From Octopus sinensis (lineage: Eukaryota): 64,000 bases of DNA. The stretch spans positions 76,074,001 through 76,138,000 of the forward strand of contig NC_043006.1 of NCBI RefSeq assembly GCF_006345805.1, read 5' to 3'. Below, one piece after another: positions 1-14,872 of the stretch (positions are counted from its first letter, which is position 1; each line of letters begins with the position of its first letter). Below the pieces are notes generated by a model. That model was not told where the DNA came from, ran no database searches, and saw nothing but the letters and a program-made list of their open reading frames with translations. Made by a program: the position numbers and the translations under genes.

Positions 1-134
1 GTAGGTTTGACTTCGCAAATGCAGATACATATATATTGTCTTCTCTATCAAAGACAAGAATGTAAGGTAATATACTCTATGTTAACAAGATCTCACATTT
101 TACCTATTCTGGTAATTCCTTGGAAAGTTAAGTT

Positions 135-137
135 ATA

Positions 138-194
<57 letters not shown>

Positions 195-244
195 TATATA
201 TTATATATATATATTATATATATATATATATGTATATATATATG

Positions 245-302
<58 letters not shown>

Positions 303-420
303 ATATGTATGTATGTATATATATATATATATGTATATATAGTATATATATATATGTAATATATAAATATATGCATATATACATACACATATGTACATAC
401 CTACATATATATGTGTATAT
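135..420. repeat. (TA)n/(TATG)n compound microsatellite
   Basis: Direct dinucleotide periodicity; source of the YIYI-type ORFs. Confidence 0.95.
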
Positions 421-421
421 G

Positions 422-1234
422 GGTACAGGACATAAAAAAAACGTTGAAAGCAATGAGAAACGAACACATAAAAACAAAAACATAGAAAACGAACTTTTTT
501 CGAACATCGGAAAAAAAACAAACAAAAAGAGAAACGAGACATGCAACATATAGAATATTCCCCTTCATCTGTTGTCCCTGTTTCCACCCCTCCGCGTCGA
601 AGACAAGGACAATACGTGACTTCGTTGAAACAGTCCTTCCCGCAAACCAAATTAAATAAAATTTGGGATTTTTTGTGGAGGGTGAAAGTGTTAACAAGAA
701 CAGGAGAGTGAAAACAAGACAGTGAAAACAAACGGCGATGGCTATTAAGCCAAGAAGATAGAGAAATTATTATGATTGCTAGGAGGACGAGCTTATGAGA
801 GGAGACAGGTATAAACACGTGTTGTCTTTAGGAAGGTAATGGGCAGAAAGATAGATTTCCTTTCGTCACGTGTCAGCAACAAGAGAATCAAACAGGAAGA
901 GTGAGAGAGAGGGAGCTGGGAAGATGAGAGGAGAAGAATAGGGAAGGCTAGGAGAGAAAACCAGAAGGGATGAAGAACAAGAGAGGTGATAGTAGAGATA
1001 GAAGAGTGTGCATCGTAATTATTACGATAAAACTTACTCGGAAAAGGATGTGTGGCGTTCGATCATATTATGATATAAATAATATATAAATATATGCATA
1101 TACATACATAAATATATGTGCATACCTACATATATATGTATATATACATGCATATACTGGTACAGGACATCAAAAAAACCTTGAACACAATGAGAAACGA
1201 AAACATAAAAAACAAAAACATAGAAAACGAACTT
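422..1234 (-). mobile_element. Non-autonomous Penelope-like (PLE-derived) element with terminal direct repeat
   Basis: ggtacaggacat...catagaaaacgaactt occurs at 422-496 and again at 1159-1234 (offset 737), with TA-rich arrays on both sides. PLE assignment and strand are inferred from architecture. Confidence 0.45.
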
Positions 1235-4200
1235 CTTTTATTTATATTTATATTTATAGTTATGTGTGGGTGTGTGTACAAGCGCGCGCGTATGTGTGCG
1301 CGTGTGTGTGTGTAGTTTTCAAATTTAATAAGAACTTCTGAATATTACCATTAATGAAATTATGATGAGATAACTTTTAAATTTAAAATGCTAAGCATTG
1401 TTTAATTGCTGAAAAATTTTAAAGCGTGATATTGTTTTGTTAACATTTTAAAACACTTGCGATTTTTGTCAAGGTATCCTCCATGTTCAGAACAGAAAGC
1501 GCTTTCTTTAACCTTACAATTATTACTTTAAATTCTGTGTGTTAACTGAGATGATGTAATTATATACAACTTCAGGGAAAAAGAACGTATCTATCGTAAT
1601 GAAATTTTAAAACACGAAGTGTTAAATTGAGAAGTATAAAAAAAATATCCGGTGTATTGCAGGATTATTTAATTTACGTTATTTCTGATTAATTATTATT
1701 GAAATTCTCTAAAGTATAGAGCTAATGCGTTCTTCTTTAATAATTAAACATATAAGAAAATATTCAGTGGGTTTCATTGCAGCTTATTATAAATGATTTG
1801 TTTTCGAAATATTACTTGCTAAGCTGAATGTAATTTTTGCATTCAACTGCTGTATTAAACAGATATTTAGTTTTAATTGCTTTCAGATAATCGAGGAGGC
1901 TGTGATTAGAATTTGCGTTAGATTAATTACATCCAAAAGAAAATTTTTATTGTATTCTTCTTAACTGTTGCTGTCCTTGTGATAATCTTACATCTTATAC
2001 TATGATAACTCTAAAGCTATATCTAGTAGATCGACCTTTTGGGGGTAATTGTCAAATGTTTCAACATACAATATTGCCGTTAGGAAAATGGATGTAAAAG
2101 GAGGCACTGAATAATGTACTGGCGAAAACATTGTTCATTAAAAATGTATATGGTATCTCCATATCCGGAATACATTTGATCTTTTATGTATAAAATCCGA
2201 ATAAAACCGAGGCGAAATAACTACACTCACTATCAACAACACATCAATATGAAAATAAAGATCAAACTGGTGAATCTGTCGAAGTGTGACATGCGTCATG
2301 GTTTCATGATGGTATTCTGATAACGAGCAATTGAAAGAAGTGTTTCGCACACCTTAATTTTTACTTTTGCGATACAAAGTGAGATATTTTCTATAATTAC
2401 CTTATTGAATAAAGGATATTACTGAACATTAAAATGTGACTACAGGCTTTTTATCTGTTATCCTATGGATACAATACACTGAACGATATTTTATAAGAAT
2501 ATATGAATATTTTCTTTAATCAAATTTTAGCGAGATAATGTCTAGATTTAAAATGCTTTAATTACTGATATAGCCTCAAGTGTGATAGTCTTTTATTAAC
2601 ATGTTTGTGGTTTTTGTCACGGTAATATTATTTTATGAATCGACATTGCTTTATAGTCATTCAGGAACTTTTATATTGCAATATTTGCTGTATTTTTCTA
2701 GTTTATTTTAATGATAAGAATTTTCATAGAAAACAATACTTATCATTTAAAATATATTTTGATAATCACAAAATAAAATTTTATAAAGCAAAACTATATA
2801 CGACAACATCAAAATAATGAACTGTATATGTTTTAGAATGATTAATTCGTATAAAATACTTAGTATGACATGAGAAAATAATTAAATGCAGCACTGACAT
2901 GATTTGGTTTTCTGAGATGAAAATTGTGAAAGGACTTAGATGATTCTGAATTTTATTTTATCGACCAATAACATTTCTTTATTATATAAATTTCACAGAC
3001 TGCAATTTTTTTCATCCTCTCATCTTCAAAGCACGAAACAGATGACTTTGTATTAAATATTTGCACGGTAAATAGCCTAATTAGAAAAAAAACATTCTTA
3101 TACATTTATCTATATATGTATATATATATAGATCACACTTTTTTGAAATGTACACGCAAACGCACACACACACGGAGACATGCATACACTCAGCGACACA
3201 GACACACATGCAAGCACACACATACAAACTTACATATACGTAGGGGGTAAGAGTATTATTATACGCTAATAGATATTTCCCCAAAACACCGAGATAGTGA
3301 GCGGACAGTATTAACTGACTAGAAGAAAGAGTTTAAGCAAATATCAATAACAGGAGATGGAAATATATCTCCTTTTACGCTTTGGCGTAATATGGCATTA
3401 TTTCATATTCTCTAGTTGCATAAAATAAGGACATGATAGGATATATTGAAACAACTGTAAAGGCATCATTATATCATGTAATATTATGTGACACATTTGT
3501 AAATGCATTCCATAATCCTATGGTTGTTTCCTTATCTTGTATTATTTCTCTCTGTGTGTGAGTGTGTTTGTGTGTATATGTGTGTCCGTACGTGTGGGTG
3601 AGTAAATGTGCTTGTGTGCATGTATCATGAAATCATGTGCTGTTATCATTAGACTGCCGAGTTCCCAAGAATAGCATTGCTTTTTGGACAGAATAGTATG
3701 TTAGGTATGTTAGCAAACACTTTATTTCACGTTATTTCAGTCCTCACATCTGTATATGAGTAACAATGAAAGAATAGTGTAACCTTCTCTCCCTCCATAC
3801 GTGACCTATGCGCTGTTATGCAGATTGGTGGGTATTGGTCGAGAAGGAGCCATCCTTATATGCTTCTATATGGGTATAAAACCCAACGAAGGGCTTATCC
3901 TTGCTAGTGAAATACAGGAATAACTAATATGAAGTCTCTTCTCTCGCTTTCTTTGTGTGTATATATGTATACATACATCCATGCATGAATATATATATAT
4001 ATAATATATATATACATACATATAATAGACCTTTATATAAATAAATAACGTGAAATACACGAAGAGACGAACAAAAAGACAAACAAGTCATTCAAGCCTT
4101 CATTCTTCAGTCAGAAACTGATCTCTCATCGCAGATTTCGGCTGTTTAATTCTGAGATCCGCTCATATATATATGTATGTATGTATGTATATATAATGTG

Positions 4201-4569
4201 AAAAACTGACAAAAAGACTACAATATGATATAAAGAAGAGCATATCTGAAGAAAGATTCTATATAAGAAACAGAATTACCACCTACTTGCTTTTTGAGCA
4301 GATGCTCGGCATGGTAGCATAAAAGTATGTATATTGAAAGAAACGACAAAGCCATACTGTTATCGCAGAATAATTTAAAGCTATCATTCTCAAATGACGT
4401 ATCTCATTTGTTGTAGTCATTCATGTTATTCTCAGATTTAATCTCCAACTACATTGCTTAGAGTTGTTTTATTGTTTTATTTTATTTTCAATTACAACGA
4501 GTGATAGACATTGAAAACTTTTAAATATTTCAAGGATGACCAAAGTTAGGTGATGTGTTTTTGCTACTA

Positions 4570-4606
4570 TATACATACATATATATATATATATAATATA
4601 TATAAT

Positions 4607-4651
<45 letters not shown>

Positions 4652-4686
4652 ATATGTGTGTGTGTGTGTGTGTATGTGAGTGTGTA

Positions 4687-4718
<32 letters not shown>

Positions 4719-4920
4719 TGTATGTATATATATATATGTATGTATATATACATACATATATGTATGTATGTATGTATATATATATATATGTATATACATA
4801 TATATATATACATATATATATATAAATATATATATATATAAACATATATATATATAAATATATATAATATATAAATATATATATATATATAATATATATA
4901 CTATATATATATATATATAT

Positions 4921-4958
<38 letters not shown>

Positions 4959-4994
4959 TAATATATATATATATATATTATATATAATATATAT

Positions 4995-5030
<36 letters not shown>
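4570..5030. repeat. (TA)n/(TG)n compound microsatellite
   Basis: Direct periodicity. Confidence 0.95.
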
Positions 5031-6064
5031 CCTTATCAAAAAACTGGCACACATACTATGAATGTCTAGAATCTGGTGGATAACTTTTACAACTATTTAA
5101 AAAATATAAAGAACGTATAATCCTATTGAGCGGATTGTCTTGCGGCATTGATATTTGAGCAACATTTAGAATTATCTGGTCGGTGGTTGTCAGGAAAAAT
5201 TTCATATCTGAAAGATATTCTGATCCGTATCGCTGATGATTTTCGCAACAAAATTCACTTGTCATGAATACATAGAAACTATTGTACGATCTTTGAAACC
5301 CTAGAAATGATTCAAGATTATACAAAGTCACCTGCTGTCTAATAAATGTACAAAACCATCTGGTGGCTCTCCTTTGAAAATAGATAGATATCTTATCATC
5401 TCTTGAGCATAAAGAGTTTTCATGTAACTATAAAAAATATACAGTACTAATTACTGGATAGTCTTCGGAATTAAATGAATATGGTAAAACTATCAGGTGT
5501 CTAATGGATGTTTTTGGTCACTCAACAATCTTACTGCTAGGTTGTACATCTAGTTCGTATAAACAATCCAACAGATTATTGTAAAATATATCTCTAAATA
5601 AGATAAGATTGTTTCATGATTAAATTGCTTGTGAGTCGTGTTGCAATGTATATCGCTTGGTTATAAAATTTCATAAAATTTCCAAATGGCGTATTTGTCT
5701 GATTGTCAAGCTATTCAAAAAGCATCACTGAAATTCATACGATTTTGTAAAGCATTTAGAGTAACTTAAAACACCATTATCACTTGATTTGCAGTTTGTA
5801 GAGAATTTCCTTTCTACTTTTTTAAACAGTTCCAGTCTTTGTACTGGTGTTATAACAAGGTATCGCCTTGAAGGTTTTATTGCATCTAAACGAATCGAGG
5901 ACATATTTTCAATATGGTAAATTTTCTACCGGCTCTTTCCAGAACATCTAATTTTTTCGATATCTGAACAACACTGGTCGTCTACCTGTGGCAAAGAGAA
6001 AGAATCAGGCACACACATATGCACACTCACCCACACAGACAATACAGATTCATAATATATATAA

Positions 6065-7600
6065 CTTGGATACCTTAGGTTGGTTTTGGCCATCATCGGC
6101 CCAGGCCATGACTAACACAATAACACCACCTTGAAAAGTTTTTTAGTTAATTATTTCAGGACACGATGGACCACTCAAGCAAAAAGTTGTTGTTGGTTGA
6201 GACGCATTCAGGAGTAGGTGGTTTATCTGGTATTTCCTGGAGGAATTTGTCTTTTTCTACTTTAATTTCTTTTGGGGGATAACATTGAAAAGTGCAGGGC
6301 CATTTGCAGTGAAGAAATTGTGTAGCAATGTTCTTATGTGATGTGATCTCGACCTTTGTAGGGGACGCATTGCACGTGGGCCTACTCTTGGGTGAATTGT
6401 AAACGTAATACCGATATAATTTGGATGATACTGGTGGAACATTTTCCCACGGCAGCGTTGCAGAGAATAGAGCTTCAGCTGTTTAAGTCGAATCCAATAA
6501 TCAAGTTCCATCATGCCATTTATTATTTTTTTGTGATTGTTCTTTGTGGCGCTTCGGTCCTCATTATGACTTGTTGTTTTGTTTGTAGGGGGACCACAAT
6601 GGGCAGCAGTTTTCGAGGTGGAGCCTAGCGAATGTGGAGAAGAGAAGGATGATGATTTTTTATGATCCCTAGAGGGAAAAGATCTGAGGATCCATGAGCA
6701 TATTCTGCGGGCAACATCGACATTTTTTTATTGATGCGCACACTCTAGCCAAGGTTGCTGTCTACAGTTACATCTAAGTCACTGATATTATCCGAAGGTT
6801 CAAGTAGGCCTCCCGACAATAGTGCATATGGTTGTCTGAGTGTGCCCTCTCTTCCAAAGTGGATGAGCTCTAAGTTTTCTTCGTTCAGAGGCATATTGGA
6901 TTTTTGTGCCCACTAAGTTATTTCGCATAGGTCCAATTAAAGCATTGTTTGATTATATACTCCCCTAATGACATTCTGGAACTTAGTTTCGTCAGCAAAT
7001 ATTCAAATGGAGCTATGTTCAATGGAATCTGCAATGACATTGATATAGACAATTAAAAGAAGTGAACGCAGAACAGCACCCTGTGGGACTCCGCTGATGA
7101 ATTTTCTTGGTCTTGAGTGGATGACATCAACCACCACATGCTGGATCCTGATTGTTAGGAAATACCTAATCCATTGAAGTAGCTTTCCACCGACTCCAGC
7201 GTTGGATAGTTTCCTTAACAGTATTTTGTGGTAGATTCTGTCAAAGGCTTTGCTGAAATCAAGGTATATGACTTAGTGCACTTAAGATGTCATCGAAGTA
7301 GTGGAGAAGCTGTGTTAGACTGTACCCACTACCATGAAAGCCATTCTACTGGCAATTTATGAAATGATCTTGGTCTAGGAAGGCTTTTATTCTTGATCTC
7401 AACACTCTCTCAAATACTTTGATGATATGCGAGGTGAGTGAGATTGGACGGTTGTATACAGGGAGCGATTTATTCCCCTTTTTAACGATGTAGGGTATTT
7501 TCCATTTTGAGCCTTGATGGCTGGGTTAATACCTCGGGCATTAAGAAGGAATATAGATGTTAAGGCAGCACCTTCATTGCGTTACTTCAGCACTGCACAT
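6065..7600 (-). mobile_element. 5'-truncated, decayed CR1-clade LINE (RT domain, C-terminus, 3' UTR)
   Basis: Minus-strand translation gives VIYLDFSKAFDRIYHKILLRKLSNAGVGGKLLQWI, GVPQGAVLRSLLLIVYIN...IFADET and LDYWIRLKQLKLYSLQR, all typical CR1 RT and C-terminal motifs; stops and frameshifts are present. Confidence 0.88.
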
Positions 7601-7949
7601 CATATTTGTTGTTGTTATTGTTGTTGATCTTGCTAGACAGGTGCAGTTCCAAGGGTGTTTTTCGCCTTGGGTTGCTAGTAGGGGGTTGAATAATTTTCTG
7701 AATTTCTTTCGCTAGTTTCAACAAGGGTAAAAAGAAGATTGGCTTCTTGAGTCACTGCAGTAGTTGTTGCACTGCTGGATGCGGTCGCAAATAATTTTAT
7801 TATTACATTTGTTTTTTTCGGCTTGGTTTTCTGTTCCCCGGTTTATGTGGGGGGAAAGACGCCATTTTTTACCGTAGAAGGCGATAACATTAATTGTGGT
7901 GATTGGAGCTTGTGGACTTAAGATAAAGAGCAGGTTTGTCGTGATTGCA

Positions 7950-8050
7950 TCAGATGATAGATAGATAGATAGATATATACATATATAAATGTATATATAT
8001 ATATATATATATAAACATGTATGTGTACATAAATATGTATGTATATCTGT

Positions 8051-8105
<55 letters not shown>

Positions 8106-8137
8106 ATATATATATATATACATACATACATACACAC

Positions 8138-8186
<49 letters not shown>

Positions 8187-8190
8187 ATGT
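7950..8190. repeat. (GATA)/(TA)/(CA) compound microsatellite
   Basis: Direct periodicity. Confidence 0.95.
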
Positions 8191-8720
8191 TAAAGTTAGT
8201 ATAAAATAACACAGGGGGAAATTTTTTAACCTGTATCGTTTTTTGCTTAACATTTCATAGAAAAGAGTGATTAACCTTTCACATGATCGTCCGTCATCAG
8301 AAAAAAATATAGAGAAGCGTAAGGTAAACACACGCTTAGGTTTCTGAACCCTTTCTATCTGACAAATTTCCTCTTAATATTTCCTGTAATATGATTACTT
8401 CTACTACCGCCTATCTTCCTAAATCTCTATTGAATAAATTTAATGAAATAACTACATGAAATATATTTAATAATAGAAATCTAAATGCTGCACAATACGG
8501 AAAAATATATTTTATGTTTATCAAATTTGCGTTTGGTTTGAAGTTGTTTCATTTTGCTCATTGTAATAATTAATTGCAGAAACATAGAAATGGTAACATT
8601 CATAAAAAAAATCATAAATAGCTACTCTTTTCTGAAATTACAAAGTTTGTAATTCAGCATATTCATATAAAATTACGCAGATGCACGCACACGCACAAAG
8701 CAATCGTGTGTATATATATC

Positions 8721-8757
<37 letters not shown>

Positions 8758-10433
8758 GTGTGTGTGTGTGTGTGTGGTGTGTGTGTGTGTGTGTGTATTT
8801 ATATATTTATGTAAGCATGCATATATATATATATATATATAATATATATATATATATATGTATGTATATTCATATTCATGAAAGATATAATTAAATGTCA
8901 AGATACTTTTATAAGCTTCATTAACTTTCCCTCACTGCTATGCATTTACATCAACCTGCATGTATGCCCACGCACCCCTTGAAGGCCTTATATTCGTGTT
9001 CATGGAAATTTGTATAAACGTTTAATTATGTACCAGCTACATGTGTTCCAATTAGATTAATTCATAGAAGTTCTGATTATTTTTCCTAATGTAATATATA
9101 ATGAGATAACGTTTGCATTCAAAATGCTAGATGCATTTTAATTACTGTTATTTAAATTTTGAGTTGTTCGCGATTATTTTCTCAAGATATCCTGAACATT
9201 CAGAAACTGCTTTATATTTATTCAGAGAAAATAACTTAGCGCAATTATTGCTCTAATTTCTTTGTGTTGAGATGATATAATTATATAATCTACTCGGGGC
9301 AACAAAATATATCTGCGGCTTGATGTTTTGAACTGTAAGGTTTTGAATTTAAAAATACAAGAAGGAAATTATATACGAGTCTTTAAATAGTATTTATGAA
9401 TAATTTATTAATGCTGAAATACACTAAGGTGCAGATTTTCTATATTCTCTTCAACTGTCCTGCAAAGTATCTCGCTGATGAGGGCACGGATAGAGGTGAT
9501 TGAAGAAGATAATCTGGCCCACAGCACTAGTTCTAAAGCGTATTTCGTATGAATCTGACGGACTGAAGCAGCTTCTCAGAATCTCTTCAGTGAGTTTAGC
9601 ACACGATGCCTGCTAGCTGTCATTTCTACACGTTTGAGTAAATTGAAACTGGCATACAAAATATATGCCAAATGAAATCTGCTGCACGTTGAACCGAACG
9701 TCAATGCACATAATTGCAAAGTCTTAATCCTATATTGATACCTTAGAGGGATCTAAATTCAGAGCACAGCAAGGTTGGAAAACAGATAATGTTGCATGTT
9801 ATCCGACGTCTCAATGACCCTGTCAATTTATACAAACTCATGATGATGATAATTAAATTTCATCTAATAACGTATTATAATTTATATCGTGTAATCGGCA
9901 TTTTTTCAGTGTCAACAAAATGGAACGTTATTACAGCATGTGAGACGAGATCCAGTTCTCTGACAATTTTTAAGAGTTTCACAAGAATCACATGATACTA
10001 GTTCTAAGAGGTAAAATCTTAATTATTCGCTTCATCGCTTTATATTCTGCCAAAATCATAAATGGCTTCGATAAAGGCAACCGTATTGGTTTAAATAACG
10101 AACACGGTTGCTTTTATGGAAAGTTGTGTGTTATATCCCTATAAAAGATTGTTACTACCGATGTAGAGTACCCCACCCAACATTGCTTCTATGAATGATT
10201 GATTGTACATCTTTAAGTTCATATTTGGTAGTTTAATATCGATTTCTTTCATTGGCACAAGGCCATAAATTTTTGGGCCAAGTATAATCGATTAAATCGA
10301 CCTTAGCACTTCGTTTTGTCGACAATGGATGGATGAATGATAAAGTTGGCGTTCACGAAATTTAAACTTGGTATGCATAAAGCCGTAAATTAATACCTCA
10401 AGACATCGCTATAATGATTCAGCCAAACCGCGC

Positions 10434-10695
<262 letters not shown>

Positions 10696-11377
10696 TTGTG
10701 TAGTCCACTATTAATGTTTAAAAAAGCAGCAGATTAGGAACAACGTGAAATGCTGTACTGAATTTATTATGGCATGTAATTTCCTTTATTAACATACCAA
10801 ATTCAATATGGCGTCAGGCTTATTATTCATTCCTTAAGAATCTAGAAAATATATTCCAATTCAATTAATATTTTTCATACTTCTCTAGTTCACAGTTAAT
10901 AATATCTTACATTAAAATCAATATATATTTCTTACTTGTATTTAGCGTGCTGAAACCATAACGCAGTTTCAATTTCCAGAGGGAGGATTGGCATCACATA
11001 ACTAATGTTCTTGGAAATTTCATGAACAACAATATTTTAAGTTATTGTTATCGCCTAACGTATAACGATTTCAGTGGTCGCAGTGAGAATCCGGAATTGC
11101 TTCCTGATTAGTACTCACAGATGAAATAGTAGATAATATTCCCTCTATTAATATAAAGTTGGAGAATGGTATTTTCTTATTAGCGTTGCTCTCTGTTCGT
11201 GATCAATACTCTTCATCCCCCGATGGCGGCATACAGAAACCTTAAACTTTGTATCACAGTGTCTAAGGTATTTCAGCAGAAAACTATTGACCAAAATGCT
11301 TGTTAGTGTAAATATTAATTGATTAGGATTACGAATGTTTCTCTATAATATCAACGCGAGAAACAATTGCAATATTA

Positions 11378-11600
11378 AGGCGCTGGACTGGCAGAATCGT
11401 TAGCACAACAAGAAAATTATGTAGTGGCATTTCGTCCGTTTCTACGCTCTGAGTTCAAATTCCGCCGAGGTCGAATATGCCTTCCATCCTTTCAGGGTCG
11501 ATAAAATAAGTACCAGTTGAGCACTAGATCGATGTAATCGAATTACACCCTCCCGCGAAACTACTGACCTCCTGGCAAAATTTGAAATCAACTTTATGTT
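11378..11600 (+). mobile_element. tRNA-derived SINE, family B
   Basis: Head ctggcagaatcgttagcac, B-box gagttcaaattcc, core ccttccatcctttcagggtcgataaa; the same sequence recurs about 10 times in the window. Confidence 0.8.
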
Positions 11601-14140
11601 CATTGTACCATAACTGTTTTTAAAATTATTTGCTTAGGATTGAGAAAAGAAATACATGAAGAGTAATTGCTTATTTTTGTGTAGTGAGATATCGGATAAC
11701 GGCAAGATGAAGCAACTTAAAATATAGAAGTAGCGAAGCCCTACAAAATGTTAGGGTGGTTGTTAATACAACTTCATGCTGCTCCCATTATTATGAGGCT
11801 TCTGTTTTATAGGCGAGTATACAGTTTTGCTATAACGATTACGTGTGTTAACTAGAATACTTTATTAAGTCTGTTTTCACTAGAATAAGATAAATGTCTA
11901 TATACAAATTTTCTATGTCTTCTCTTCTTACTCAGGCATTGCCTGATATTTCTGTCAGTCTCATAATATTACTGAAGCTTAACATCACGTTCCTTTTACA
12001 TGTTAAAGATCATCTTGCAAAGTGTGTGTTATCTTTAGAGATTAAGAGAAAAAGCAAAGTATCCTCATCTACCCATATATGCAGCGCCATACCATAAACC
12101 TATTAAAAGTACAGAAACATAAACAAAATAAGTTATTCAATTGGAGGGGAAAATTTGATGTAAAACCACTTTTTATTTTGTTGTCTTGGGAGAGTTATAT
12201 TGTGTTAATATATTTGATACACTAACAAGTTCAATTTCCATTCATTTCGTCCTGTAATGCAATGGAGTTGTCGGAGAGTTATCTCGATATTTAGACAGAA
12301 CACAGTGTCTTTCAGCGTCTTGCAAATTCTGGTTTTATATCTGGAACAACAATAATAGGGTCTGGAATAAGAAGTCTATTTCCACTCATAATCCAGATTA
12401 ACGAAACCTGCATGTAAATATTTCAAGGTAATTTAAACTAACTCATTATATCGCCCTTATTTCACCAGTGTCTACATAAATTAAATAATGATAAATAGGG
12501 TTCATGCATAATAATGTAAAATATTAGGGATGCTTTGCTGAAAGCTCGGAGATTACAAGTGAAGAACAAGATTTTCTTCACGATAACTTACGATATACAA
12601 ATCACTCTACAAATTCCATGTGATGGAACGCGAATTGTACTACCATGGTTTCTAGGTTAATTAAATATTAGTAATGAAGTTTTATCCACTCAGATAATTT
12701 CTGAACATAAACATATTTACAAAATGCAAATTTCCTTTACTTCTGGAAAAATATGCTCAATACGATGTTTTATCATGGTTAACCAATTTCACAGAATGTA
12801 CCAGAAGCAGAATGTGTACGAATATATATGTCTCGAATTGTGCTTCGTTAAAAAACATTTTAGATAATTATATAATGGTAGAGATACCATAAACAATCGG
12901 GAAATAAACTTAGTGAAAATTAAGATTTAAAATAAGGAAAAAGAAAAAGAAAAGCCTTGAATGCATCAAATATATAAAACGCAATCTTCACGTCTAACCT
13001 AACGTGAATGTCTTGTTAGAACACCCAATTCCGCGGTAGTCACCTTGAGTGATTCAACATGAATCTATATAAAAGGTCCTTATGTAGATTTATGGTGCAT
13101 AAAAGAGCCCGCACATACAGACATATAGCCACATATATCGTTAAAAAATGAGAATCTTCAGTCAGAATTGAAGACCATATGATTTCAACGTACTGTGTTT
13201 CTTAGGTGACAGAAATCAGCCATTATAAAATCAGTCACTGAATTAATCGGCCTGCCAAAATCAGCCAAATCTCCGAAAAGTCACTGATGTCGCAAAAAGC
13301 CAGCTAGTTTATCAAAAATGAGTATTAGCAATAGAGACAATGTTAATATCGAAGGTTAATCTTTATATCTACCGTAATGTGGTTATTTTATTAGAACGAG
13401 AAATACTGCGATATTCATCTTCAGGGATAATTTCCTATAGACTCATAGTGCTTGTTTACATAAGAAGGCCTTTCAAGGCGTATGCTGCAGTATTCGATGT
13501 TCGAACATCACAGAAACGTAACGTTTTTGTTATGTTGGATATGAAAATTGCTTTTTGGTATCTATACTGCTCCTCTCACTAATAAATATTTTAATAAGCA
13601 TCAAATATATATCTTATGAATATATATACAGTTAAATATATTTTTATTCTTTATTTACTTTTGACAATCAAATGACATCAATGTAAACGGTTTGAGATAA
13701 TGATATATTTAAGCTACTTTGCATGCATTCAATAAGATATGATTGCATTTTCTTTTAAACCTCACAGGAGAAATGCTAATTTTAAATTCATTACTGCAGC
13801 GTTTACTTTTGTCTATCTTATCTTTCCCTAGCTTCAATCATTAATCTGCGGCCATACTGGGGCAACCCCTTGAAGGGTGTGATGGCCCCATCACAAAAAA
13901 AATCCATCTCAGCAATAATATTTTAAAATTTAGTACTTATTCTTTTCTACTCTTTTGTCGAATTGCTAGGTTACGGGATGGTAAATAAATCAACATCGGT
14001 TCGCAAGTGAAGCAAGGGACTAGAACAGATATAATTATACACACAGCCATCCACACAAGCGCGCCCACACACACGAACACAAACACATATACATATATAT
14101 ATATATATATATATACATATATATACAATTAACAAAGACG

Positions 14141-14519
14141 TATGGGTGCTAATTCATTACGACCGTTTCCATCAGCTCTATTTAATTGGTTAATGAAAAC
14201 ATTACATCATTTTGAAAGAAGCCGTTCTCGTAAGATGACCGCATAGGCTTTAAACAATACACCATTTTAAACACATTTACATCAATAATGGAAACGAAAA
14301 CTTCTGCTACAGATATAACAAAATGAAACAACGTAAACATTTAGGCTTCCATTTTTGGTTCCCAATATTGATGTAAATTTGTTAAATATGGTTTATCCTT
14401 TATATTTGAAGTCTTTGCGGTCATCTGACGAGAACGGTTTCTTTCAAATTGATTTTAATGTTTTCATTAATCAATTAAATTGAGCTGATTGAAAAGGATG
14501 TAATGAATTGACACCTGTA
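14141..14519. mobile_element. Foldback MITE with ~160-bp arms, Tc1/mariner-like TA ends
   Basis: Left tatgggtgctaattcattac... versus right ...gtaatgaattgacacctgta; internal gaaagaagccgttctcgtaagatgaccgca is inverted by tgcggtcatctgacgagaacggtttctttc. Confidence 0.75.
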
Positions 14520-14872
14520 CATCTTTGTTACCTAATTATATCTTGTTCACCTAACTTGGAATCTGCACTTCGGAAATACTATAGAACGTCCCTTTATAAA
14601 AAGTACATGTCTGAATTATCAAGAGAGGATATTTTCACATAGCTGGGTTGCGCTGTCAACACACATAGCAGGGATATCAAGTACAATTATCCCTACACAG
14701 AGTTATGATATTCAACATTCAAATGATATTGTCGGGGTGTGCAGATTATACCGAACTAGCAAAGTGCCTCAATTTAAGTACATAATTCAACTTAATTATA
14801 TGTGTGTGTGTGTGTGTCTGTGTGTGTGTGTGAGTGTGTGTGAGTGTGTGTGTGTGTTTGTGTGTAAAAGTA

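Noticed and set aside
7-553. [12 protein letters not shown] ORFs here and throughout the window
   Set aside because: They are translations of (TA)n, (CA)n and (TATG)n microsatellites.
599-639. Hammerhead-like topology gaag...GAAA-cag-TC-cttc
   Set aside because: The CUGANGA core is absent (acaagga) and stem III is not palindromic.
2231-2316. Minus-strand candidate exon YHHETMTHVTLRQIHQFDLYFHIDVLLI with AG/GTGAGT borders
   Set aside because: No family was recognised, and splice-like motifs are frequent by chance in AT-rich DNA.
5056-5960. Possible decayed Penelope coding remnant
   Set aside because: No diagnostic RT or GIY-YIG motif could be read; it needs an HMM search.
8258-8306. Minus-strand CTGATGA...GAAA...TC motif
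   Set aside because: Stem I cannot pair (tttt versus tttt) and stem II is not closed; it may be a fossil but is unsupported.
12592-12651. 60-nt minus-strand candidate exon (NHGSTIRVPSHGICRVICI)
   Set aside because: Weak acceptor; cannot be chained convincingly to its neighbours.
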